Shown in pieces: positions 40,717-48,768 of a stretch of DNA of 50,169 nt. The position numbers and the translations under genes were made by a program. The notes under the pieces were generated by a model. That model saw nothing but the letters and a program-made list of their open reading frames with translations. It did no database searches and was not told the DNA's origin. The stretch is from a virus: IMG/VR virus record IMGVR_UViG_3300037311_000346; one strand, given 5' to 3'. Position 1 is the first letter of the stretch; each line of letters opens with the position of its first letter.

Positions 40717-42201
40717 TCAGGTGGCGGAGGCGAACACGCGGTGATGGACGGGCGCGGCGATCGCGCAGGCGAGAGCGTCCGCGAGGTCGGGCGAGTGACC
40801 GAGGGCGGCGACGATCTCCTCCTTCGGCGTGATGACCATCTTCTCGAGCCGATCGTACTCGTACCCGAACTGCTGGAGCTCGGTCCAGAGGTCGGCCCAG
40901 CGGTCGGAGACGGACAGCCTCCCGCGCTCGAGCATGATACGCAGCGCCCAGAAGAGCTCCGCGCGCCGGTTCTTGAACTTGGCCTCCTCGCCGACGAGGT
41001 CGGCAAACTCGCCGGTCGGCCCGGAGCCGAAGTCCACCGCGGTCACGCGGTGCCCGAGCTCGCGGAGACGGTCGATGACGCCCGCCCCCATCCCGATGTC
41101 GATCGCGATGGCGTGCGACGGGACGCCCCAGCTCTTCGCCGCGCGAAGGACCCGGCGCGCGCTCTCCATCAGATCCTTGCCGCGCCAGACCGCGATCTGC
41201 GCCACGCGGCCGTTCCGGAGGAGCACGGCTACGGAGCGGTCAGAGCCCTTGCGCGCGATGTCGACGCCCATCCGGACCTCGTTGGTCTCGGGCGTCCAGA
41301 ACCGCGCGCGGTCGAGGATCCAGAGCGGGAAGAGCGAATCGTCTCCCTCGACCGGGTAGACGCCGCGGACGTAGGCCGCCCAGCGCGGATCCTGCTCCTC
41401 GTTGGGCCCGTACTTGCGCCGCTGCTTCTCGATCCACTCCCGGGACACCAGGCGCTCGGGCGCGTCGAACGCCGAGACCTGGAAGTGCGCGAAGTCGGCC
41501 GAGCGGTGCGCCTCGTACGCGCGCCCGCGCCTCCGCGTCGGGTTCGTGATGTAGACCAGCTTCGAGTCGCGCCCGGTCAGGAAGCCGTCGAGCGCGTCCA
41601 TGATCTCGTCGCCCACGCCCGACGCCTCGTCGACGAGAACTAGGATGCCTCCCTCGTGCTCGTTCTCCTGGAAGACGTCGGCCATCGAGTGGAAGCCGCG
41701 GACGTTGTCGGGCTTGTCGGACGAGAAGCCGTAGCCGTACCACGCCGGCCCGAGCTCGACCTTGGTTGTCAGGCACCGCCCGAGCAGAGGGCGCTTCGCG
41801 AGCGCGTACCGCTGTCGGACGTTGCGCCAGAGGACCTGCTCCACCTGGTTGAAGGTCGACGACGTCGAGACCACGACGCCGTTCTCGCGGCTCTCGAGCC
41901 ACCACGGGACGACGATCGAGGCGGCGAAGGTCTTGCCGACACCTCGGCTCGCGATCGCCTCCGTCTGGGCGTTCGCGGCGATCTTCCGCAGCAGCCCGAC
42001 CTGGCCTTCGTGTCCGGTCGGCGAGTCCTCTGGGCCCCAGACGTAGCAGCCGAGGACATCGCGCGCGAAGCCGACCGGGTCGTCGCGGTACTCCGGGTAG
42101 AGCGCCTTGCTACGGGCTCCGAGCTTCCGGTCGAGTCCCTGCGAGACCGCCGCCCAGGAGCTCGCGATCAATCCGCCCGCATACGGCGAGAGCCAGCTCA
42201 C
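40717..42201 (-). CDS. terL: Terminase large subunit
   Basis: ASRGVGKTFAA (Walker A), ILVLVDEASG (Walker B), GVDIARKGSDRSV and DLADAL (nuclease-domain acidic residues). Confidence 0.9.
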   Translation of the reverse strand: MSWLSPYAGGLIASSWAAVSQGLDRKLGARSKALYPEYRDDPVGFARDVLGCYVWGPEDSPTGHEGQVGLLRKIAANAQTEAIASRGVGKTFAASIVVPWWLESRENGVVVSTSSTFNQVEQVLWRNVRQRYALAKRPLLGRCLTTKVELGPAWYGYGFSSDKPDNVRGFHSMADVFQENEHEGGILVLVDEASGVGDEIMDALDGFLTGRDSKLVYITNPTRRRGRAYEAHRSADFAHFQVSAFDAPERLVSREWIEKQRRKYGPNEEQDPRWAAYVRGVYPVEGDDSLFPLWILDRARFWTPETNEVRMGVDIARKGSDRSVAVLLRNGRVAQIAVWRGKDLMESARRVLRAAKSWGVPSHAIAIDIGMGAGVIDRLRELGHRVTAVDFGSGPTGEFADLVGEEAKFKNRRAELFWALRIMLERGRLSVSDRWADLWTELQQFGYEYDRLEKMVITPKEEIVAALGHSPDLADALACAIAAPVHHRVFASAT

Positions 42202-42793
42202 GCGGCGCCTCCTCGGTCACGATCGACGCGAACCGCGCGAGGATCGCGACGAGGTCCCGCGCAGAGATCGCCGTCGCGCCCTTCATCCGCAGGTCCCAGA
42301 CCTTCTCCTGCCGGCGCGCCATCTCCTCGACCTGGTAGCCGAAGTCCCGGAGCGCCGCGTCCTCGGACGCCCCGCGCTTCAGATGCGCTCCGAGGGCCGA
42401 GAGCGACGCGGCGAGCTCCTGGGGCGAGCCGGCGCTGCGGCACGTCTCGAAGAGCTGTACGGCCGTGTCGCGGAAGCCGGGCGTGTCGAGCTCCTCGACG
42501 CGTTGCGCCGAGCGCCGGAGCAGCGTCTCGCGCAAGGCGAGCGTCTCCGAAAGGTTGGCGAGCTCGCCGACGTCCTCGAGCGCCTCGGCGTAGAACTGCC
42601 CGAGGATCCTCGGGAGCCGCGTCGAGTACCGGCCGTGAACGATCGGCCGGCCGTTCGAGGTGCCTCCGTGGTAGCGGCAGGTCTCGCGCCCGGCCACCTT
42701 CGGCCGACCGCAGCGCTGCCCGGTGGTCTTCGACTTCGCTCGGCATCGCCTCGGCTCGTCTCCGTCCTCGTAGGTGGGTCCCTTCTTTCCCAT
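42110..42793 (-). CDS. Putative small terminase / HGGxSTG-like zinc-binding protein
   Basis: CRAKSKTTGQRCGRPKVAGRETCRYHGGTSNG. Lies immediately upstream of TerL. GAGGAG SD. The 3' end overlaps the annotated TerL start by 92 nt, and there the TerL frame has the higher GC3. Confidence 0.5.
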   Translation of the reverse strand: MGKKGPTYEDGDEPRRCRAKSKTTGQRCGRPKVAGRETCRYHGGTSNGRPIVHGRYSTRLPRILGQFYAEALEDVGELANLSETLALRETLLRRSAQRVEELDTPGFRDTAVQLFETCRSAGSPQELAASLSALGAHLKRGASEDAALRDFGYQVEEMARRQEKVWDLRMKGATAISARDLVAILARFASIVTEEAPRELALAVCGRIDRELLGGGLAGTRPEARSP

Positions 42794-42858
42794 CGGGTTC
42801 CGCTCCTCGCTCCGGGATCCTACGACTCGCCGTCGGCCCGCGCGAGCAAGGCCGCGCG

Positions 42859-43119
42859 CTAGTTCAGGCTCGCGTCGATCCGCGCGAGCATCGCCTCCGC
42901 CGCGCCTCGCTCGATCGCGTCGACGACCATCGCCGCGTCCTCGAACATCACCGCGACCGCCACGTCCAGGTACCAGCCGAGCTTCTCGCCGTGCAGGCCC
43001 TTCGGCAGGTAGTAGAACCGCAGCGCCGCCGCGTCGAATGCCCAGCCCGCACGGCCCGCGACGAGCTCCCGGAGAAGCTCGAGCCGGTAGGCGGCGACGT
43101 TGCTCGGGACGTAGCTCAC
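42859..43119 (-). CDS. Hypothetical protein (86 aa)
   Basis: The real part of track ORF 42859..43242 starts at GTG 43119 (GTGA overlap): VSYVPSNVAAYRLELLRELVAGRAGW... Confidence 0.55.
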   Translation of the reverse strand: MSYVPSNVAAYRLELLRELVAGRAGWAFDAAALRFYYLPKGLHGEKLGWYLDVAVAVMFEDAAMVVDAIERGAAEAMLARIDASLN

Positions 43120-43349
43120 CGCGCCGGGCTCCGGTCGACGATGTCCAGCGCGGCGCGGTGCTCGTCCAGGAGCGTCCAGGCCCTTGCGAGTCGGTCCAGA
43201 TCGTCGCACGCGGCGAGGCCCGGCTCGACGTCTGGGTTCCACGACTCGTGGGCGTTGACGCGACGGACCGCGTCCCAGAGGCGCTCGCGGAGGGCGCGGC
43301 GACGCGCGGCGAACTCGAAGTCGCCGACGGGGCGGAGAGCCGGCTTCAC
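43116..43349 (-). CDS. Hypothetical protein (77 aa)
   Basis: The real part of track ORF 43116..43538 starts at GTG 43349 (GTGA overlap): VKPALRPVGDFEFAARRRALRERLWDAV... Confidence 0.55.
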   Translation of the reverse strand: MKPALRPVGDFEFAARRRALRERLWDAVRRVNAHESWNPDVEPGLAACDDLDRLARAWTLLDEHRAALDIVDRSPAR

Positions 43350-43615
43350 GGCTCGACCTCTCCCTCCCGGTACATCTCGCCGCCGTGCTCGTCGCGCACG
43401 ATGAGCCCCCGGATCGTGCCGTCGAAGCACTCCGGGCGCACGTCGATCAGCTCGACGTTGCCAGCTTCGTCCGCCGCGATGACCGCGCCGATGGCCGCGG
43501 ACCTCGCGTCGGGGCACGTCGCGCGATCGTGCTCCCATGCGACGCGGACGCGGATCCGCTGGGTGAACCTTCGGACGACGATGGCTTCGACGGTCCCTCT
43601 CGCGTTGACGGCCAC
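43346..43615 (-). CDS. Hypothetical protein (89 aa)
   Basis: GTG 43615 shares 1 nt with the upstream TAG. AVNARGTVEAIVVRRFTQRIRVRVAWEHD... Confidence 0.5.
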   Translation of the reverse strand: MAVNARGTVEAIVVRRFTQRIRVRVAWEHDRATCPDARSAAIGAVIAADEAGNVELIDVRPECFDGTIRGLIVRDEHGGEMYREGEVEP

Positions 43616-43854
43616 TACCTGACCCTCCCTGTCGGCTTTGCGACGACTGACCCTGAGTTGAACGGCTCGCCCGGCTGCCAGTAGACGGGCTGCTTCGGCT
43701 CCTCGCCGACGACGGTCCCTTCGGCCGCTTCGAGCGCGGGCCGGGCGCGAGCGTCGGCCTCGCCCAGCCTTCGCAGCTTCACGACGACGGCGCCGAGCAG
43801 CCCGAGGAAGGCGACGAAGAGGAGGCCCCACGCTACGAAGTCCCGCAGCCTCAT
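43615..43854 (-). CDS. Small membrane protein (79 aa)
   Basis: MRLRDFVAWGLLFVAFLGLLGAVVVKLRRL has an N-terminal TM segment. ATG 43854 overlaps the upstream stop (ATGA). Confidence 0.6.
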   Translation of the reverse strand: MRLRDFVAWGLLFVAFLGLLGAVVVKLRRLGEADARARPALEAAEGTVVGEEPKQPVYWQPGEPFNSGSVVAKPTGRVR

Positions 43855-44609
43855 CGCCCAGCCTCCGCGCCGAGACGCCGGAACTCGACGACCCAGACCC
43901 ACGGGTTCGCCGCCCACGGCGCGCGCTTCCCGTTGATCGCGTCCCAGACCCGCACCCACTGCGAGCGAGGCGTCGGCCCGACGGCGGGCTCGCCTCCCGA
44001 GGCTGCGAGGAAGTGCTCGCGCGCGTCGTGGTAGGCGTCGTCGAGCACGCCCTCGGCCTCGATGTCGGCCGTCGTGATCGACTGGAGCCGCTCGACGCGG
44101 ACGGCGGTCACCAGCAGATTCAGGCGCGACGCCCAGCGAGGCATGTGGATCGCCGGCCGCCAACGGTCCGGCGCGGCAAGGCCGTTCGCGCGAAAGACGA
44201 TGCTGGTGTCGCGGTCGAGGTGCCAGAAATCGCCGCGCATCTCCGCCGGCGAGCAGGTGATCTCGTCGCTCTCGCCCGACCAGTACTCCGGGGCCGTGAA
44301 GGCGGCCCAGGTCTCTCGGACCCAGAGCCGATCTCCCGGCGCGCCGTACGGGCAGCGAGTGGGGAGCGGGAACGTGGTCACGAACTGGCGCTCGACCGCC
44401 TCGTCCGAGGCGCGAGGCCGGAACGCGCCTCGGTCCTCGTCCCAGCGCTCGATGCGGTCGCGGTGCGGATCCAGTCCGGCGCACTTCACGACGCGCCTCG
44501 TCTGCGTCTTCCGGCCGTCGAGGATCGCTCGGACCATCGGACCGGAGAAGAGGATCGGGCGCTCTTTCGGCGCCGTCGCGAGGCTCTCGAGGCGGCTGCG
44601 GTCGGTCAT
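43851..44609 (-). CDS. ASCH/PUA-like domain protein candidate (252 aa)
   Basis: PILFSGPMVRAILDGRKTQTRRVV...GDRLWVRETW...PAIHMPRWASRLNLLVTAVRVERLQ. Trimmed to ATG 44609 (ATGA overlap). Confidence 0.5.
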   Translation of the reverse strand: MTDRSRLESLATAPKERPILFSGPMVRAILDGRKTQTRRVVKCAGLDPHRDRIERWDEDRGAFRPRASDEAVERQFVTTFPLPTRCPYGAPGDRLWVRETWAAFTAPEYWSGESDEITCSPAEMRGDFWHLDRDTSIVFRANGLAAPDRWRPAIHMPRWASRLNLLVTAVRVERLQSITTADIEAEGVLDDAYHDAREHFLAASGGEPAVGPTPRSQWVRVWDAINGKRAPWAANPWVWVVEFRRLGAEAGR

Positions 44610-45691
44610 CGGGCGCCTCCAACGCGGAGCGCGCTCGCCGCCGGGAACTCGCGCACGCGCAGGTCCTCGGGCCACTCGGACGGGTCGCCGCCCTTCGGGC
44701 TTCGCAGGCGGTAGGTCTCGCGCGCTGGCGCCGGACGTCCGAGGACACACTCGACGTGCGGCGCCCAGCCGTGGGGCCAGGTCGACTCGTCCTGGTCGTC
44801 GAACGGGACCGCGCCGAGCTGCTTCACGAAGACCGGGACGCGCGCCGTCCGGCACTGACCGACCAGCGCGCGAATCCAGGCGACCTTGCAAGGCCGCGCG
44901 CCGGGCCCGGACTCGCCGCCGACGATCACCCAGTCGAGTGCGGTCGCGTGTTCGCGTGGCGTGATTCCCTCGCGGCGCAGCGCGTCACGAACAGCGACCG
45001 AGGGCAGCCCGGGAATCGGAATGGCCCGAAGGTTGACCGGCCCGAGCAGCGGCTCCGCGCTCACGAACCGCACCGCTGCCGGAGTCTCCAGGAGGTGCGG
45101 GATGCGATCGTCCGCGCTTGCCTGGTCCTCGACTGACGTCCCGACCCAGAGGTTCGGGAGCGGCAGCGCGTCGCACGAGCCGCGCGCGAGCGACTCGATG
45201 ACGTCCTGCGTGCGGCTCGTCTGATAGCCCGAGAACTCGCGGGCGATCGCGACGGCGAGCTTCTTGGCGCCGGGCTTCTCGGAGCGGCTCGAGAGATAGG
45301 TTCGCGCGCGCTCCGGGCGCTTCGTGAGGACCTGGAAGGTGTGCTGCGGGCAGCGCGCGACGACCGCGAGGACGCGGTCGAGCGCCTCGTCGGGGAGCGC
45401 CTCGTGGAAGAGGTCGCTCATCGAGTTGACGAAGACGCGGCGCGGCCGGCCCCACGCGAGGGGCTCCGCGAGCTTCTCCTCGATCAGCTCGACGCGGCCG
45501 GTCCAAGTGGGCTGCCAGCCGCGACCCGTCTGGAACTTGGTGCCGACGAAGCCGTGCCACGGTTGCCCCTCACGTCCGAACCTCGCCGCCTGCCGCTCTG
45601 CGTAGCACCGCTCACAGCCGCGGCTGATACGGCTACACCCACGAACCGGGTTCCACACGTCGTCGGTCCACTCGATCGTCGACCTGCTCAC
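44606..45691 (-). CDS. Phage Gp37/Gp68-family (DUF5131) protein with a three-Cys motif
   Basis: STIEWTDDVWNPVRGCSRISRGCERCYAE (C-x6-C-x2-C)...VFVNSMSDLF...WVGTSVEDQ...VSAEPLLGP...WVIVGGESG. Confidence 0.8.
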   Translation of the reverse strand: MSRSTIEWTDDVWNPVRGCSRISRGCERCYAERQAARFGREGQPWHGFVGTKFQTGRGWQPTWTGRVELIEEKLAEPLAWGRPRRVFVNSMSDLFHEALPDEALDRVLAVVARCPQHTFQVLTKRPERARTYLSSRSEKPGAKKLAVAIAREFSGYQTSRTQDVIESLARGSCDALPLPNLWVGTSVEDQASADDRIPHLLETPAAVRFVSAEPLLGPVNLRAIPIPGLPSVAVRDALRREGITPREHATALDWVIVGGESGPGARPCKVAWIRALVGQCRTARVPVFVKQLGAVPFDDQDESTWPHGWAPHVECVLGRPAPARETYRLRSPKGGDPSEWPEDLRVREFPAASALRVGGAR

Positions 45692-46089
45692 GGCGCCTCC
45701 GTCGTCGGGGGAGCGGGGAGGGGCTGGAAGTGGGTGGGCGCGGCCACGTCTTCGAAGTCGCTGCGATGCGAGTACGTCAACCAGCACGCGGGGAGTTGGC
45801 CCCAGACCGGCGCGCCCCACCATGCAAGTTGCGGCGCGCCGTCATGCGCGGCGTCGATCACGAGCACGCGCGTCCCGTCCTTCGGCGCCTCGCTGATCGG
45901 CCTCCACCGCGCCCCGTTCGGCACGATGCCGGCGGCGCGCAGGGCGGAGCGGAGCGCGTCTCGCAGGTGCCGTAGCAGCGCCGCATCACCATCGTCCCGC
46001 AGATACTCCGATGTGTCTTCGTAGTGCATCCGCAACACGGCGTGCCGCAGCGCGTCGATCTGCTCATCGCTCCACTCCGTTGCGGTCAT
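45688..46089 (-). CDS. DUF551-like protein
   Basis: ARWRPISEAPKDGTRVLVIDAAHDGAPQLAWW. Confidence 0.55.
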   Translation of the reverse strand: MTATEWSDEQIDALRHAVLRMHYEDTSEYLRDDGDAALLRHLRDALRSALRAAGIVPNGARWRPISEAPKDGTRVLVIDAAHDGAPQLAWWGAPVWGQLPACWLTYSHRSDFEDVAAPTHFQPLPAPPTTEAP

Positions 46090-46283
46090 TGGCTCGTCTC
46101 CGTGCGCTTCGCGAGCGCGGCTTCGAGTTCGCGGATGCGGGCGAGCATATACGGCACGGCGTCGAGTAGCCGCGAACGGCAGTCCCGAAGCTGACCGTAC
46201 CCCTCTGGGTTCGTGATCGCGTCAAGGTCGCGCTCCAACGCCTCCAGGTCGAGCGGCTCGCGCGGGGTGGTGGGGGTGGTCAT
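46086..46283 (-). CDS. Hypothetical protein (65 aa)
   Basis: ATG 46283 overlaps the upstream stop: MTTPTTPREPLDLEALERDLDAITNPEGYGQL... Confidence 0.5.
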   Translation of the reverse strand: MTTPTTPREPLDLEALERDLDAITNPEGYGQLRDCRSRLLDAVPYMLARIRELEAALAKRTETSQ

Positions 46284-46648
46284 CGCTTCGGTTCCTCCAG
46301 CGCGGCTCGGGCGCGAATCATCGCCATGATTTCCTTCACGACCGTCCACGAAATGAGGTGAGGATCATGCCCTTCGAGTCGGTGGTCGCACTTGTGCTCA
46401 CCGATGTATGCGGCCTTCGTCGCGCCGCTCGGTGTGAGCGCCTCCTCCAGCCTCTCGCACCGCGCCTGGGCGGCGGAGAGCGCGGACGGGTTCGCATCGA
46501 CGGACTCTGCGCACTCGACGAGCCGCTTGTCGTAGCAGTCCTCACAGAACGGCCCGACGGCGTTGATGTAGAGCGAGTCGTCGGCGCGGCCAGCCTTGCC
46601 GGTCTCTGCGTCGCACTCGCGACAGTGTTCGCGCTTCACGTCACCCAC
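46280..46648 (-). CDS. Small Cys-rich (zinc-ribbon) protein
   Basis: HCRECDAE...FCEDCYDKRLVEC. The start is GTG 46648 or GTG 46639. Confidence 0.55.
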   Translation of the reverse strand: MGDVKREHCRECDAETGKAGRADDSLYINAVGPFCEDCYDKRLVECAESVDANPSALSAAQARCERLEEALTPSGATKAAYIGEHKCDHRLEGHDPHLISWTVVKEIMAMIRARAALEEPKR

Positions 46649-46826
46649 GGCCCGAGCCTCCCTTCGCGCTGCGCTCGGACACGAGCGGCTCGCCTGTGAA
46701 CACGCGCCCCTCGGCAGCGTACGCGTCCAGCGCAACCTGCACGGCGATGGTGAGGATCCGATCGCGTTCGACGGCATCGGCCTCGGCGTCGTCGGCGTCG
46801 TCGGCGGCGGCGGTCGGGTTGGTCAT
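46641..46826 (-). CDS. Hypothetical acidic protein (61 aa)
   Basis: MTNPTAAADDADDAEADAVERDRILTIAVQVALDAYAAEG... GGAG lies upstream of ATG 46826. Confidence 0.5.
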   Translation of the reverse strand: MTNPTAAADDADDAEADAVERDRILTIAVQVALDAYAAEGRVFTGEPLVSERSAKGGSGRG

Positions 46827-46908
46827 GGTCGAGAGGCTCCTGCGCCTTGGTCGCGGCGCTACTTCTTGACGATATCGCCCGGGCGGCCGCTCGGGAAGAG
46901 CCAGCCGC

Positions 46909-47862
46909 CTACTTCTCGCAAACTTCTTCCCGTTTGCGGCGTCGATCCGGTGCGGCGACGGTCGGCTTAATCTTCTCGACTCGCGGCTCATCCTCGGGTC
47001 TCGGCTTTCGCAGCGAAGGCGACACGATCTTCGGGACGGCCTTGTTCCATTCGACGCGGTGGTGCAGACGGACGTCCGTCCGACCCATCGGTGCGATGTG
47101 AACGCAGGACGGCGCGAACATGACGGTGTAGAAGCTCTTCACGTACGTTCCGGCGGCGAGGTAGAGCTCCGTCGAGCCGCCTGCGTTGCTCTGGGTCTTG
47201 AACTGGTTGAGCTGCAGCGGCATATAGGTGAAGAACAGCGTGCCGAGCCCTCCGAGGCGGACGTAGGTGTTCACGTCCTCGTTCATCCGCCCGACGAACG
47301 AGAAGGGTTTCTCGACGTCGCAAACGAAGGAGTTCATCGCCTTTCGCTTGAGGCGGATATCGGTGTTCCCCTCGGCTCCGCCCATGTGCTCGCCGCCCTG
47401 CGAGATCGCGATGGTCGCGGTCGGCGTCGCCTCGAGGAACTCCACGAGCGCCTCGAACAGGCCGTCTAAGCCGCGGATCGCCCAGCCGTGGTAGCTGGGC
47501 TCGGCGCCCGGCTCGCGCCGACCGACGCGGCGGTAGAGCAGGTCCTGGTAGTCGTCGTCGAGCTGGACGAAGTAGCGGCAGCCAACCGACCGCACGATCG
47601 CGAAGCTTGCGTTCCGCGCGTACACGATCGACCGGCGGTCCTTGAAGTTGTCGCCCTGATCGAACGTCGCGGCGATCTGCTCCTTCGAGAACTGAAGGAC
47701 CGAAGCGCCGAACCGTCGGCGGTACTCGTCGGCGGTCGCGTCCTCGTCGTCGATCACGACGAAGACCTTCCCCGTGTAGCCCGATCGACGGAGGGTTTCG
47801 ATCGTCACGACCCGGTCCGCGCGGCCGTGCGAAAGGATCAGGACGCAGAAGTCGTCACGCAT
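46909..47862 (-). CDS. GT-A-like glycosyltransferase candidate (317 aa)
   Basis: CVLILSHGRADRVVT (first beta strand), VFVVIDDED, YARN, YFVQLDDDY (DxD), GRMNEDVNTY, SNAGGSTELY. Locally lower G+C than the rest of the genome. Confidence 0.6.
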   Translation of the reverse strand: MRDDFCVLILSHGRADRVVTIETLRRSGYTGKVFVVIDDEDATADEYRRRFGASVLQFSKEQIAATFDQGDNFKDRRSIVYARNASFAIVRSVGCRYFVQLDDDYQDLLYRRVGRREPGAEPSYHGWAIRGLDGLFEALVEFLEATPTATIAISQGGEHMGGAEGNTDIRLKRKAMNSFVCDVEKPFSFVGRMNEDVNTYVRLGGLGTLFFTYMPLQLNQFKTQSNAGGSTELYLAAGTYVKSFYTVMFAPSCVHIAPMGRTDVRLHHRVEWNKAVPKIVSPSLRKPRPEDEPRVEKIKPTVAAPDRRRKREEVCEK

Positions 47863-48655
47863 CGGGGTAGTCCTTTCCGAACTGCTCGTCGACGCGAGCG
47901 TTCAACCGCACGAACCCGGAGGCGATCGCGTCGTCGAAGTCGACGATGACGAGCGCCGACCGCTCCATCAGGCGCTGCAGGTCCGGCCCCGCGTGAGCGT
48001 AGAAGTTGGCGATCCGGTCGTAGCGAAAGACGACGTGACGGCGCGCCGCCTCAAGAAGGAACGCCCGGACGTCGTCGGGAAGGTCCGCCTCGCCGATCTC
48101 GCGTGCGAGTTCGTCCGCGCGAGTCCGGTCGAACATCTCGCCGACCGCCGGCGCCGGGCCCGACGGCTCGTAGACCGGCCGCTCGACCTTCTGGGTATAG
48201 GCGCCCTCGCCCGTTCCCTTCGAGCCGCCTTCGAGGCCCTCGAGAATCTCCCGGACGTCGGCGTCCGAGAAGCCGGTCGCCGCCAGCACCTCCGGGCTCT
48301 CGTCGCCAATCGCCGACAGGGTCGCCGCGAGAACGTCCTCGTCCCACTCCGCGAGCTCGGCCGTCCGGTTGTCGGCGATGGCGAAGCCGCGCGCTTCGAC
48401 GCCGTCGAGGTCCGCCGGGACCGTCGCGATGTCGGTCCAGCCGAGCGCCTTCGCGGCGCGCAGCGTCCCGTTGCCGGCGAGGACGACGCCCGACTCCGTG
48501 ACGACGATCGGCTTCCGCTGACCGTAGGCGCGCAGGCTCGCCTTGATCGCCTCGAGGTTGGTCGGGCCGTGCTTCCGGGCGTTCGCCGGGTCCTCCGAGA
48601 GGTCGGCGATCTTGCGGACGCGGATCTCGGAGACGAGGAGCGGTCGGTCGGTCAT
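47855..48655 (-). CDS. ParB-like nuclease (ParB/Srx) domain protein without a recognisable methylase domain
   Basis: VRKIADLSEDPANARKHGPTNLEAIKASLRAYGQRKPIVVTESGVVLAGNGTLRAAKALGW. Track ORF 47855..49375 trimmed to ATG 48655. Confidence 0.75.
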   Translation of the reverse strand: MTDRPLLVSEIRVRKIADLSEDPANARKHGPTNLEAIKASLRAYGQRKPIVVTESGVVLAGNGTLRAAKALGWTDIATVPADLDGVEARGFAIADNRTAELAEWDEDVLAATLSAIGDESPEVLAATGFSDADVREILEGLEGGSKGTGEGAYTQKVERPVYEPSGPAPAVGEMFDRTRADELAREIGEADLPDDVRAFLLEAARRHVVFRYDRIANFYAHAGPDLQRLMERSALVIVDFDDAIASGFVRLNARVDEQFGKDYPDA

Positions 48656-48768
48656 GGCGGCGAAGTGGGGCCCGGCGGTCGAAAGAGACGGCCGTCGGGC
48701 CCCGGGATTCCGCCGCGGCTGCTGTCGCCGCGGTCCATGACGGGACTCCCTTCGGACGTCGAGTCGTT

